DNA from: Gemmatimonadales bacterium
Lineage (GTDB): Bacteria > Gemmatimonadota > Gemmatimonadetes > Gemmatimonadales > GWC2-71-9
Length of the DNA stretch: 64,000 nt
Direction of reading: 5' to 3'
Assembly (NCBI GenBank): GCA_041615815.1
Contig: JBFJCP010000013.1
Coordinates: 1 to 64,000, forward strand
Shown piece by piece: positions 48,112 to 57,608 of this stretch; positions within the stretch are counted from its first letter, which is position 1; each line of letters starts with the position of its first letter. The notes below the pieces were generated by a model. It was not told the DNA's origin, made no database searches, and saw nothing but the letters and a program-made list of their open reading frames with translations. The translations under genes and the position numbers were made by a program.

Positions 48112-49368
48112 CTACTTCTGTTCTTGGTCGTATCTGTCCCTCGTCTTGGGCCGCCGATCGACGGCTACCTGGCCGTTGGTGATGACGACCAGCACGTCTT
48201 GCAGGACGCCCACGTCTTCGAGCGGATTCCGGTCCACCACGATCAGATCGGCCTCCAGCCCCGGCCGGATGGCGCCCGTCCGTTCGGCGATGCCGAACAG
48301 CTCAGCGGCGAGACTCGTGGCTGCTCGGAGGGCATCCCATGACGAAATGCCGAGCTCCACGAAAAATCCCACTTCACGCGACACCCGCGCGTAACTCTCG
48401 GGACCGTAGTTGGTGTCGACGCCGGTGACGACGGGGATCCCCAATTCGTAGGCTCGCTGCACCACCGCGCGCCTCCGTGGTGCCATGAACTGACCTCGCA
48501 GAAACAAGCGCGGATCGGCATAGTCGCCCGGCTGCCCAAATGATGAGATGGAGCTCAGCGTGGGCACGAGATAGGTACCTCGTTCGCGCATCAGCCGGAG
48601 CGTGGCTTCTGTAGCAAAGGTGCCGTGCTCGATACTGCGGACCCCGGCCAACACGGCGGCTCGGATCCCCTCGTCCCCGTGCGCATGGGCCATGATGGCG
48701 ACACCGCCCCGCCGCGCCTCAGCCACGATCACCTGCAGTTCTCGTTCCGAGTATACCTGCTCCCGCGGATCCGTGTCCGGACGCCCGGCCCGCTCGGTGC
48801 CTCGGGTCTTCATCCAATCCACGCCGTGATCCAGGTTCACCCGCACCAGCCTCTGAATGGCCTCTTCGGTGCGCACACCGTCTATGAGTGGAAAAAGCCG
48901 CTCGTCGGCCAACACGGCGTCCGCCACGTCCGGCTGCACGTAGACCCCGGTGGCAAGCATATCCGGTCCGGGAAGCTGCCCGCTTCTGACGAGTTCCCGA
49001 ATGGCGATATCCTCATACCCTCCCACGCCGGCCGTTCGGATCGTGGTCACACCGGACTCCAACGCCCGGCGAACCCCTGCGAGATCATTGACATGGCTAT
49101 GGGCATCCATCAGCCCCGGGACGACCCAAGCGCCCCGGACGTCGAGCACCATGGCCCCGGCTGGGGTGGCCACCGGCTCATCCGTGATTCGAGTGATCGT
49201 ACGGCCCGTCACCACGATCGTCTGCCCACGCTTTGGAACCGAGTCCAGTCCGTCGAGCACGTTGGCGTGCGTAATCAACAACGTGGGGGACTCCTGAGCC
49301 GTCGCCGCACTGGCGAGCAACAGCGAGATGCCAAGGCTCACAGCGAGCTGCGCACATGGTCGAATCAT
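48112..49368 (-). CDS. Secreted amidohydrolase (Xaa-Pro dipeptidase-like)
   Basis: PGLMDAHSH, GVTTIR, AHAHG, SIEHG, GVDT, ADLIVVDRNPL; signal peptide at ATG 49368. Confidence 0.9.
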   Translation of the reverse strand: MIRPCAQLAVSLGISLLLASAATAQESPTLLITHANVLDGLDSVPKRGQTIVVTGRTITRITDEPVATPAGAMVLDVRGAWVVPGLMDAHSHVNDLAGVRRALESGVTTIRTAGVGGYEDIAIRELVRSGQLPGPDMLATGVYVQPDVADAVLADERLFPLIDGVRTEEAIQRLVRVNLDHGVDWMKTRGTERAGRPDTDPREQVYSERELQVIVAEARRGGVAIMAHAHGDEGIRAAVLAGVRSIEHGTFATEATLRLMRERGTYLVPTLSSISSFGQPGDYADPRLFLRGQFMAPRRRAVVQRAYELGIPVVTGVDTNYGPESYARVSREVGFFVELGISSWDALRAATSLAAELFGIAERTGAIRPGLEADLIVVDRNPLEDVGVLQDVLVVITNGQVAVDRRPKTRDRYDQEQK

Positions 49369-49468
49369 CGTGGCACTCCGAGAGAGATCGACTGAGATAC
49401 TACGGGAAGGCTGGAATGATGGAAAGACGAATCGGATTACCGAAATGGGACCGTGTCGGACGGCTCCT

Positions 49469-50143
49469 CTATTGGCGTGGCGCCACTGGCAGACTGGGTT
49501 CACGTGCGGCCAGATGCCGTACGAACCACGCAGCGGCGACCCGGGCCGCTTCCTCCAGCGTGCCAGGCTCCTCGAAGAGGTGCGTCGCGCCCGGAACCAC
49601 CGCGAGTTCGGACGGTCCCCCCAGCGCCGCCTGCGCTTCCTCGTTCCACTCCAAGACCGGATGATCCAACGCGCCCACGATCAGGAGCGTGGGCACCGTG
49701 ACACGGGCCAATACCGGCATCGCGAGATCGGGACGGCCACCACGCGACACCACCGCGTGGATGGGATACGCAGCACGGGCTGCCGCCGCCAGCGCCGCTG
49801 CAGCGCCTGTGCTGGCGCCGAAGTAGCCGATGGGGATCTCAGGGAACTGTTCGCGAACCCACCCGGTCGCCTGGAGGAGGCGTTCCGCAAGCAAGGCAAC
49901 GTCGAAGACCTTCGCACGATCGCGCGCTTCGAACTCGGTGAGGAGATCGAATAGCAACGTTCCCATCCCCCGCTGCTGCAAGACTTCGGCGACGTAGCGA
50001 TTGCGGGGACTGAGGCGACTGCTGCCGCTACCATGTGCGAACACCACGATCCCGTGCATGGGCGCCGGAATCGCCAGTGTGCCCGGGAGCCTCATCGCAC
50101 CAGCGACGATGGTCACGTCTCGGTCCCGTACCGCTCTCGCCAT
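49469..50143 (-). CDS. Dienelactone-hydrolase-like alpha/beta hydrolase (PRTase-associated)
   Basis: FAHGSGSSRLSPRN, GYFGASTGAAAAL, VSRGGRPDLA, GATHLFEEPG. Confidence 0.9.
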   Translation of the reverse strand: MARAVRDRDVTIVAGAMRLPGTLAIPAPMHGIVVFAHGSGSSRLSPRNRYVAEVLQQRGMGTLLFDLLTEFEARDRAKVFDVALLAERLLQATGWVREQFPEIPIGYFGASTGAAAALAAAARAAYPIHAVVSRGGRPDLAMPVLARVTVPTLLIVGALDHPVLEWNEEAQAALGGPSELAVVPGATHLFEEPGTLEEAARVAAAWFVRHLAAREPSLPVAPRQ

Positions 50144-50150
50144 CCTGCCC

Positions 50151-50822
50151 TCACTTTGCCGCGGTCGCAGGGTGATAATGTGCCTCGCGTTCGAGCCGAC
50201 TCCGTTTGAGTATCCGGCTTACGTCCAGATCCGTCATCTGTCTGAAGTCCTGGTAGTAGACGCCCACGGCGGAGAAATCCGTCGGGGTCTCGAGACAGAC
50301 GACCTCGTCGGCGCGTTGCCGCACCTTGTCCAACGATTGCGGGGGTGCCACGGGGATCGCCACGATCACACGGTCCGCCTCGAGACGACGTACCGCGCTT
50401 ATGGCTGCGAGCATTGTGCTCCCGGTTGCGATCCCGTCGTCGACGAGAATGACGGGCCGCTCTCCAACTCGGAGTGGTGGGCGGTCCCCACGGAACCGCT
50501 GGGCGCGATCCTTGGCATCGCTCCGCGCCTGTTGGACGGCAGTCTCGACGTACCATTCCGGTACCCCGAGCAGCGCGATGATCTCATCGTCCAAGACAAC
50601 GACATCGGAGGTCACCGCTCCGATGGCCAGCTCGGGTTGCATCGGAGCGCCAAGCTTCTTGACGACCAGAACATCCAGCGGGAGGGCAAGGCCGTGGGCC
50701 ACTTCAAAGGCCACCGGCACGCCACCGCGGGGGAGAGCCAGGACCAGCGCATCCGAGTCGCGAAAGCGTTCCAGGACTGCCACCAGTCGCCGACCGGCTT
50801 CGCAACGATTCGCAAATATCAT
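50151..50822 (-). CDS. Phosphoribosyltransferase family protein
   Basis: LALPRGGVPV, KKLGAP..PELAIGA, PRPP motif VDDGIATG, AVGVYYQDF. Confidence 0.9.
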   Translation of the reverse strand: MIFANRCEAGRRLVAVLERFRDSDALVLALPRGGVPVAFEVAHGLALPLDVLVVKKLGAPMQPELAIGAVTSDVVVLDDEIIALLGVPEWYVETAVQQARSDAKDRAQRFRGDRPPLRVGERPVILVDDGIATGSTMLAAISAVRRLEADRVIVAIPVAPPQSLDKVRQRADEVVCLETPTDFSAVGVYYQDFRQMTDLDVSRILKRSRLEREAHYHPATAAK

Positions 50823-50906
50823 GGTCACCCCCCACTTCACCGTCATAATATCGGTCCTCGGTGGTGAAGGAGGGGTGAAACACGCGTAAAGACCGAGAAG
50901 GAGGGA

Positions 50907-52361
50907 TTACGCCGGTACGATCCTCAACACCCGCCCATCGTCCATGAGCACATAGAGCTCGCCAAGCGCGTCCAGGCCAAAGGACACGACCCCACCCACG
51001 CCAGTGAGCCACTCGGTCTCATCCACCACCTGACCGTTCACGTATCGGAAGCTTCGGATCCACTGCTGGCACCAATCGGCATAGAAATAGTGTCCCCGAA
51101 GCGAGGGCATTGCACCGCCCCGATACGCGTACCCACCGGTCACCGAGCCTGAGCAGAACCCAGACTCGTCGTGCGCGTATTCGACTGCCGGCATGGTGAG
51201 CCCGAGCCCGGTAGGATCGCAGTTGGGTGGACTAAAACACTGCGAACCCTCGAGGATACGCCACCCGTAGTTGACGGGGGCGGCGTTTGCCGGCTGGGCG
51301 TTCACTTCTTCGATCGAGTTTTGCCCCACGTCGGCAATGAAGATCAGATCTTCCACTGGATCGAACGCAATCCGCCAGGGGTTGCGGAGGCCGTATGCCC
51401 AGACCTCGTCGGCACCTGTGGGATCGTCCACGAACGGATTGTCGGCAGGAATGGCGTAGGGATTCGCCCCATCAACATCGATCCGGAGCAACGAGCCCAG
51501 GAGCGTGCCCGGGTTCTGGCCGTGATTGGCGGCGTCCGCGCCGGTGCCGCCGTCGCCCAGGGCGACGTAGAGCATACCGTCCGGACCAAACACGAGATGT
51601 CCCCCGTTGTGCTCGTCATCGGGCTGATCCACCGCGAGGATGGTCAATGCCGAGGAGGCGTCCGCCACGTTCGGATCGCTCGACACGGTGTAGCGGACTA
51701 CCTGAGTAGCGTCATTGAGGTCCGTGTAATTGACATAGAAGAACCCGTTGGTGGCGTAGTCAGGATGAAATGCCATGGACAAAAGCCCCTGTTCGAAGCC
51801 CGCCGACACCTGCCCCGAGAGATCGAGGAACGGCGCCGCCAACAGTTGTCCGTTCTCGATGATTCGGACCTGCCCGGCCTTCTCCACGACAAACAAGCGC
51901 GTGGCATCCCCCGGGGGCGCGGTGAGGTCGATGGGCAGCCCGAATCCGTCCATGACGAGGACGAAGCCGATGGCGCCCGTCCCGACTTGTGTGACGTTGA
52001 TCGAGGCGTTTCCCGTCTGCCCCTCCACGGTCGCCGTGATCGTGGTGGATCCTGCCGCCTCGCCAGTCACGATCCCGGTGTCGTCCACAGTGGCCACATC
52101 CGTGTTGTCACTCGACCAGGCAACCGAGCGGCCCGACAAGACGTTGCCCTGGGCGTCCCGCGCCTGGGCCATGAGCTGGACGCTGCCACCCACCTGGATC
52201 GTGGGAGAGGCCGGAGAGACGGTCACCGACGCCACCGGAGCGGTACCGCCTCCACCATTGCCGTTCCCGTTGTCGGGGTCGGTGGTGGTGGTGCAGGCGG
52301 CCTGTGCGGCCAGAACGATCAGGGCAACGGTGGCGAGCCTGATAAAGGACTCCGTGCTCAT
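50907..52361 (-). CDS. PQQ-dependent sugar (glucose/sorbosone) dehydrogenase lipoprotein with N-terminal Ig-like domain
   Basis: Lipobox QAAC; Big_2-like VAWSSDNTDVATVD; EQGLLSMAFHP, HNGG, GDGG, YGLRNPWR. Confidence 0.88.
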   Translation of the reverse strand: MSTESFIRLATVALIVLAAQAACTTTTDPDNGNGNGGGGTAPVASVTVSPASPTIQVGGSVQLMAQARDAQGNVLSGRSVAWSSDNTDVATVDDTGIVTGEAAGSTTITATVEGQTGNASINVTQVGTGAIGFVLVMDGFGLPIDLTAPPGDATRLFVVEKAGQVRIIENGQLLAAPFLDLSGQVSAGFEQGLLSMAFHPDYATNGFFYVNYTDLNDATQVVRYTVSSDPNVADASSALTILAVDQPDDEHNGGHLVFGPDGMLYVALGDGGTGADAANHGQNPGTLLGSLLRIDVDGANPYAIPADNPFVDDPTGADEVWAYGLRNPWRIAFDPVEDLIFIADVGQNSIEEVNAQPANAAPVNYGWRILEGSQCFSPPNCDPTGLGLTMPAVEYAHDESGFCSGSVTGGYAYRGGAMPSLRGHYFYADWCQQWIRSFRYVNGQVVDETEWLTGVGGVVSFGLDALGELYVLMDDGRVLRIVPA

Positions 52362-53090
52362 TCGGCGGTTCGTCAGTTTCGGGCGTGGAAAGTGGACGCG
52401 TACGTTGGGAAGGAATCAAGGAACGTGCCGTGACCGGGGTCACGACCGGACGGAAGGCTGGCCAACTGGAAGGCTGGGCGCTGCGAAGGTCGCGCGGTTG
52501 GATCGAGGACCCGGCCAGCCGATCACCCAGGGCGTGCCCCTCGCAGCGCCGAACCACGTTAATATTGAACCATGGTCCCGATGCTCTTGGCCGCCTACAT
52601 CGAGTCCCGACTGCCCGGGATCCTACCGGTGCGGGCACCCGTACCGATGGTCCAGGTCTGTGAGCGCGCCGACGACTCGCTCGCACGGCTCGCCGCCTCG
52701 TTCGAGATGGACCCCGCCCGGATGGGAGCCGACCATCCACCCTTGGGCACGTCCGGCACGGCAACGGTGACCACGGTATCCGTGGAGCCTCCGACGAGCG
52801 ACACGTCACCCGGTGGTCCCCGCGGGCATGCGTGGACCTTGTTTGCTCAGACGGCGTAGTCACCACTCCTCCCGGGTTCGCTCGGCGTCCGGCGCGCCGA
52901 ACAGACACGCCGGATCGCGCCCGCACATCGGCGGATCTATCCAGCCCACACTGACCCGCGTGGGTACGAGCACATATGGGCGGCGGGGCTTGGTTGAGCT
53001 CCACCACCATGCCGCTGCTGTGGACCGTCCGCCAGGTTCGACTCGGCGTGCCCGGGGCGAAGCAGGTAGAAATGCGATATTCTTCGTTCT

Positions 53091-53486
53091 ATGAACCAAC
53101 CCCCCGACGATGCATCTCCCCGAGTCTTCAGCGCGGCCGAGCTCAGCCAGCGTCTTCGCGGGGTCAAGCGCGCGCTCGAAGAGATCGAAAAGGAGCTGGC
53201 CGATACCGACGGGTGTCCGGAGGGGCTGGACGACTTCAAGGAGGCGCTCGACCACATCCGGCTCAGCGCGTGGGCCATCCTCACGGCATCCGAATCGCAT
53301 ACGTACGACTACCAAACCGTGCTGGCCCACTTTCGCATGGCGCGGGCAACCGAGGTCTGTCACAACATCATCGCGGATTTGAAGGCGGGAGCCATCGTCC
53401 CCACGGCCCCCGAATTCGAGGTGTTTCGCACCACGTTGTTGGACACTCTGGCGGCGATGGCCAAGCTCCTGCGCGAATACGAATGA
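53091..53486 (+). CDS. Hypothetical helical protein
   Basis: 131-aa ORF with host-like codon usage and amphipathic helices. Confidence 0.6.
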   Translation: MNQPPDDASPRVFSAAELSQRLRGVKRALEEIEKELADTDGCPEGLDDFKEALDHIRLSAWAILTASESHTYDYQTVLAHFRMARATEVCHNIIADLKAGAIVPTAPEFEVFRTTLLDTLAAMAKLLREYE

Positions 53487-53590
53487 CGGTCGGTGCCCGC
53501 CGATCGTCCGAGTGTCAGTAACGAACCTTCAAGCGAACTCTGTCGAGTTCTTCATACTCCGTGCTCCACCGTAAGGCTCTGAGGTGGATC

Positions 53591-55525
53591 ATGCGCAAAC
53601 CAGCCGGATCGTCCAACCTGTTTTCCCGCCCGCTGCGAGCCCTCCAAGAACTCCCTGGGTGGCGCGCCACCGACGGCGACATCACTCGAGAGGACCTCGA
53701 GGAGCTCATTGAACGCCTCGATGCGGTCCGCACCTATGCCGCCACCGCCGAGGAGCGGTTCGCCGACCAACTGGCCCACACGGCCCCGCAATTCCGTGAC
53801 AGTGCTCGGAATCTCCTCCATTACCTCTCGCTCCGGCATTACGATCTGCGGAGCATCCAGGACCGGCTCTCCGCCCTGGGCCTCTCGTCGTTGGGGCGTA
53901 CGGAGGCACACACCTTGGCCAGTCTGTACGCCGTGCGGCAGGCGCTCGAACGGGCCGGAGGCATGCACGTAACCCACGAACTCGAGCCAGAGCCCGGGGT
54001 CGCCTTTCACGAGGGTGACGCGCTGCTCGCCACCAACACGGTGGCGCTGCTGGGTGAAGCCCCGCAGGGCCGACGCGTTCGGATCATGGTCACGCTTCCA
54101 ACGGAGGCCGCGCGAAACTACGCGCTGGTTCGGGATCTCGTCGCGGCGGGCATGGATTGCGCCCGTATCAACTGCGCGCACGACGATGCCGTGGCATGGC
54201 GGGGCATGGTCGATCACATCGAGCAGGCTCGGGACGAGACCGGCCGCAGCTGCAAGATCTTCATGGATCTCGCGGGTCCCAAGCTGAGGACGGGACCGTT
54301 GGAACCCGGCCCGCAGGTCCTCAGGTGGCGACCAAAACGTGACGTGCGTGGCCGCGTAGTGGCGCCGGCCCGGATCTGGTTCGGCCCCCCCGGCGTGGCG
54401 CCACCCGCGGACGTGCGGGCCGACGCAGTCATTCCGGTTCCGCCGGAGTGGATTGCCGGCGTTCGCACGGGCGATACGATTGAATTCCTCGACGCGCGTG
54501 ATTCGCACCGCAAGGTGGATGTCGTGGCGAGCGTCAAAGCCGGATTTTGGGGCGAAGCACGAAAGACGGCGTACGTCGAGACCGGGATCGAGCTCAGGCT
54601 GAGCGGGCGCCGCGGCTCGGTGCAGACGGCGCGCGTGGGGGAGCTTCCCAACACCGAAATCCCCATTGTGCTTAGCGAAGGGGAGACCCTCGTGCTGCAC
54701 ACCGATCCAGCACCCGGCGCCCCCGCCGTCCGTGCGGCGGACGGGACCGTGCTCGCTCCGGCACACGTCGCATGCACCTACCCAGAGATCTTCAAGGAGT
54801 TGGCCCCCGGACACCCGATCGCCTTCGATGATGGCAAGATCCAGGGGGTCGTCCGCTCGGTGACGGATCGCGAGGTGCACGTGGAGATCACGCTGGCCCG
54901 ACCCAACGGGAGCCGGCTCCGAGGAGACAAGGGGATCAACTTCCCCGAGGCGACGCTCCGGGGCGTGGGCCTCACGGAGAAGGACTTGGCCGACCTCGAT
55001 TTTCTCGTGGACCACGCCGATGGCGTCGGCATGTCGTTCGTGAACGAGCCGGCAGACGTGGAGCGGCTGCAAGACGAGCTTCGGAAGCGGGGCCGCAATC
55101 AGCTCGGCATCATCCTCAAGATCGAGACCCGGAGCGGCTTCCGTCGGCTTCCCTGGCTCCTGCTGGCGGCGATGCGGACGCATCCAGTGGGGGTGATGAT
55201 CGCTCGAGGCGATCTCGCCATCGAGTGTGGGTGGGAGCGGCTGGCCGAGGCCCAGGAGGAGATCCTCTGGTTTTGCGAGGCCGCCCACGTCCCCGTGATC
55301 TGGGCTACGCAGGTTCTTGAGAATCTCGCCAAGACGGGCCTGCCATCGCGAGCGGAGATCACCGACGCGGCCATGGCCGAGCGCGCCGAATGCGTGATGC
55401 TGAACAAGGGACCCTATGTAACCAAGGCCGTCCGCGTACTCGACGATATCCTGCGACGGATGCAGGAGCACCAGGCCAAGAAGACTGCCCGGCTCAGGAA
55501 TCTGACTCTCGCGGGAGACGTCTAG
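53591..55525 (+). CDS. pyk: Pyruvate kinase, large variant
   Basis: IMVTLP, ARINCAH, DLAGPKLRTG, KGINFP, KIET, MIARGDL, WATQVLE, RAEITDAA, CVMLNKG; GAGGTG RBS at ATG 53591. Confidence 0.9.
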   Translation: MRKPAGSSNLFSRPLRALQELPGWRATDGDITREDLEELIERLDAVRTYAATAEERFADQLAHTAPQFRDSARNLLHYLSLRHYDLRSIQDRLSALGLSSLGRTEAHTLASLYAVRQALERAGGMHVTHELEPEPGVAFHEGDALLATNTVALLGEAPQGRRVRIMVTLPTEAARNYALVRDLVAAGMDCARINCAHDDAVAWRGMVDHIEQARDETGRSCKIFMDLAGPKLRTGPLEPGPQVLRWRPKRDVRGRVVAPARIWFGPPGVAPPADVRADAVIPVPPEWIAGVRTGDTIEFLDARDSHRKVDVVASVKAGFWGEARKTAYVETGIELRLSGRRGSVQTARVGELPNTEIPIVLSEGETLVLHTDPAPGAPAVRAADGTVLAPAHVACTYPEIFKELAPGHPIAFDDGKIQGVVRSVTDREVHVEITLARPNGSRLRGDKGINFPEATLRGVGLTEKDLADLDFLVDHADGVGMSFVNEPADVERLQDELRKRGRNQLGIILKIETRSGFRRLPWLLLAAMRTHPVGVMIARGDLAIECGWERLAEAQEEILWFCEAAHVPVIWATQVLENLAKTGLPSRAEITDAAMAERAECVMLNKGPYVTKAVRVLDDILRRMQEHQAKKTARLRNLTLAGDV

Positions 55526-55530
55526 CGGCT

Positions 55531-56325
55531 TCAGGAGCCTCGCCAGAGCTCGACGTCACCGTTCACCGTGGACACGATGAGCATCGGTCCTCCACTTCCC
55601 AGCATCCCACGAACGTCCCGGGGTGACATCTCGGTCAGTGCGAAATCCGTGTCGATTGAGCCATTTACCGTGCTGAGACGCACCTCGGCATTGGTGGATC
55701 CTGGTATGGTCACTTTCGCGGCACCGTTCACGGTCGCGAAGATCAGATCCTCCCCCCAATCGCTGAGCCCAATCGTGGAAGTGATCGATCCGTTAACGGT
55801 GCTCCCCTCAGCAAGCCCGCTCGTGGACACCTGAACGTCACCGTTCACCGTCGTCAAATACGCATCACTGTCCACGTCTATGGCGCTCACGGTTCCGTTG
55901 ACCGTCCGGCCAACGAAGACGACACCGGCGGGCAGGCTCACGTCGAACGTCACGTTCACGTCGTTGTTCCGGACATTCATCGATCCCTCGTCTCCCGGCA
56001 GACATTGGTTGCGGGCCTGCCCGGGGACGTCCGGATACACAGCGCAAATGGTCACCCCGTCGGCATGGGGAACGACCTCGATCGCGACTCCAGCCGGATC
56101 GCTTCGCTGACCGCGCTTCGTAGCGGAGACGGAGACCGCTCCGGCGGTCGTTCCCGTGGCGCGTACGCGACCGTTGACGCCCTTGATCTCGATCCGGTCG
56201 CCGGCGGCGATCTGTCCGGTCCACTCGAACGACTGCTCAGCGGGACCCAGGACATCGTCGTTTTGACAATTGAGCGACAGGGCGGCGCAGAGCGCGGTGG
56301 GGACAAGGAGGTAGGAAAGTCTCAT
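55531..56325 (-). CDS. DUF4097 beta-strand repeat lipoprotein
   Basis: Repeated TVNG motifs; signal ending SLNC. Confidence 0.85.
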   Translation of the reverse strand: MRLSYLLVPTALCAALSLNCQNDDVLGPAEQSFEWTGQIAAGDRIEIKGVNGRVRATGTTAGAVSVSATKRGQRSDPAGVAIEVVPHADGVTICAVYPDVPGQARNQCLPGDEGSMNVRNNDVNVTFDVSLPAGVVFVGRTVNGTVSAIDVDSDAYLTTVNGDVQVSTSGLAEGSTVNGSITSTIGLSDWGEDLIFATVNGAAKVTIPGSTNAEVRLSTVNGSIDTDFALTEMSPRDVRGMLGSGGPMLIVSTVNGDVELWRGS

Positions 56326-56477
56326 GACGACCCCCAGCGGCGATCACTGGCGGGGAGTCGTTCGCATGTAACGGGACGATCCGTGAAACGAGCGTGAGAT
56401 CGTGATGAGGCCTTGGGACAGCATTGTGCGGTAGCCTTGCTAACCGGTAGCGACCCAGGGCACATTCGCCCGATCCC

Positions 56478-57608
56478 ATGACTCCGCATGAGCCGCTCCG
56501 TATCGGCGTGTTGGGCGCCGGCGCGTGGGCCCGCGGCGCGCACCTTCCGGGGTACCGCCGAGATCCGCGTTGCCGGGTCGTGGCCATCGCGGACCCCCAA
56601 GTCGATCTGGCCCGGGACGCCGCCCGGGAGTTCGCCATTCCCCACGTTGCCACCGGCCATCGGGAGTTGCTGCAACGAGACGACATCGATGTGGTCGACG
56701 TGTGCACCCCGAGCCACACTCACCACGACTTGGCTGTCGCGGCGTTGGAGGCAGGGAAGCATGTGCTGTGCGAGAAACCCGTGGCGTACGACTTTCGGGA
56801 CACGCAGCGCGCCAACGCGCTCGCCAGCTCCAAGGGACTGAAAACGAAAGTCGGGTTCACCTTTCGATACAGCCCAGCCATGCAATACATGAAAGCGCTG
56901 ATCGATCAGGGCTACGTGGGCACGCCTTTCATTTTCAACGGGTACGAGCAAAACTCGCAGTGGCTCGATCCCGCCGTGCCGCTCCGGCAGGTGGATCACA
57001 CCGCCGATCCGTCCGAGATTCAGGTTTCCTCGCTGGAAGGCTACGGTGCGCCGATCATCGACCTCGCCATGTGGTTCATGAATAGCACCTTTGTCGCGGT
57101 CGTCGGCACGATGCGGAACTTCGTGCCGGAACGGATAGTGCGAGCTACCGGACAAATGATGCGGATGAACATCGACGATGGCGACATCTTCCTGGGCGAG
57201 TTCAGCAACGGTGCCTTGGGGTCGATTCAAACAAGCTTCGTGACGGTGGGCAATTACCCTGGGCTCGAGGCCCGGGTGTATGGCAGCGAGGGAGCGCTGA
57301 TCTGCCGGCTCGTGGAGGAGTTTGGGGTGTGCGAGACGTTGAAAGGCGCCAAACCGGATGCTGTCGAGTTTCGTGATATCGAGATCCCCCAAGAGTTCTA
57401 CCCTCCGGAAGGGAGCCCCCGGGAGTCCTGGCGCACGCTGTTCTATGCGAACCTGATCTCTCACTTCGTGACGGAGATTCTCGAAGACAAAAACGAGAAT
57501 CAGGGAACCTTCGAGGCTGGCGCGCAGGTGCAGGAAGTCATCAACGCCGTGGAGCGATCGTTTCGAGAGCGGCGTTGGATCACACTGCCCTTGAGCAATC
57601 CACCATGA
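56478..57608 (+). CDS. Gfo/Idh/MocA family oxidoreductase
   Basis: IGVLGAG Rossmann fold, DVCTP..H, GKHVLCEKP, VGFTFRY. Confidence 0.92.
   Translation: MTPHEPLRIGVLGAGAWARGAHLPGYRRDPRCRVVAIADPQVDLARDAAREFAIPHVATGHRELLQRDDIDVVDVCTPSHTHHDLAVAALEAGKHVLCEKPVAYDFRDTQRANALASSKGLKTKVGFTFRYSPAMQYMKALIDQGYVGTPFIFNGYEQNSQWLDPAVPLRQVDHTADPSEIQVSSLEGYGAPIIDLAMWFMNSTFVAVVGTMRNFVPERIVRATGQMMRMNIDDGDIFLGEFSNGALGSIQTSFVTVGNYPGLEARVYGSEGALICRLVEEFGVCETLKGAKPDAVEFRDIEIPQEFYPPEGSPRESWRTLFYANLISHFVTEILEDKNENQGTFEAGAQVQEVINAVERSFRERRWITLPLSNPP

Noticed and set aside
52400..53090. Short ORFs (52572..52859, 52813..53094) in a ~700-nt gap
   Set aside because: No RBS, motif or consistent frame; may be decayed coding DNA, but I cannot support a call.
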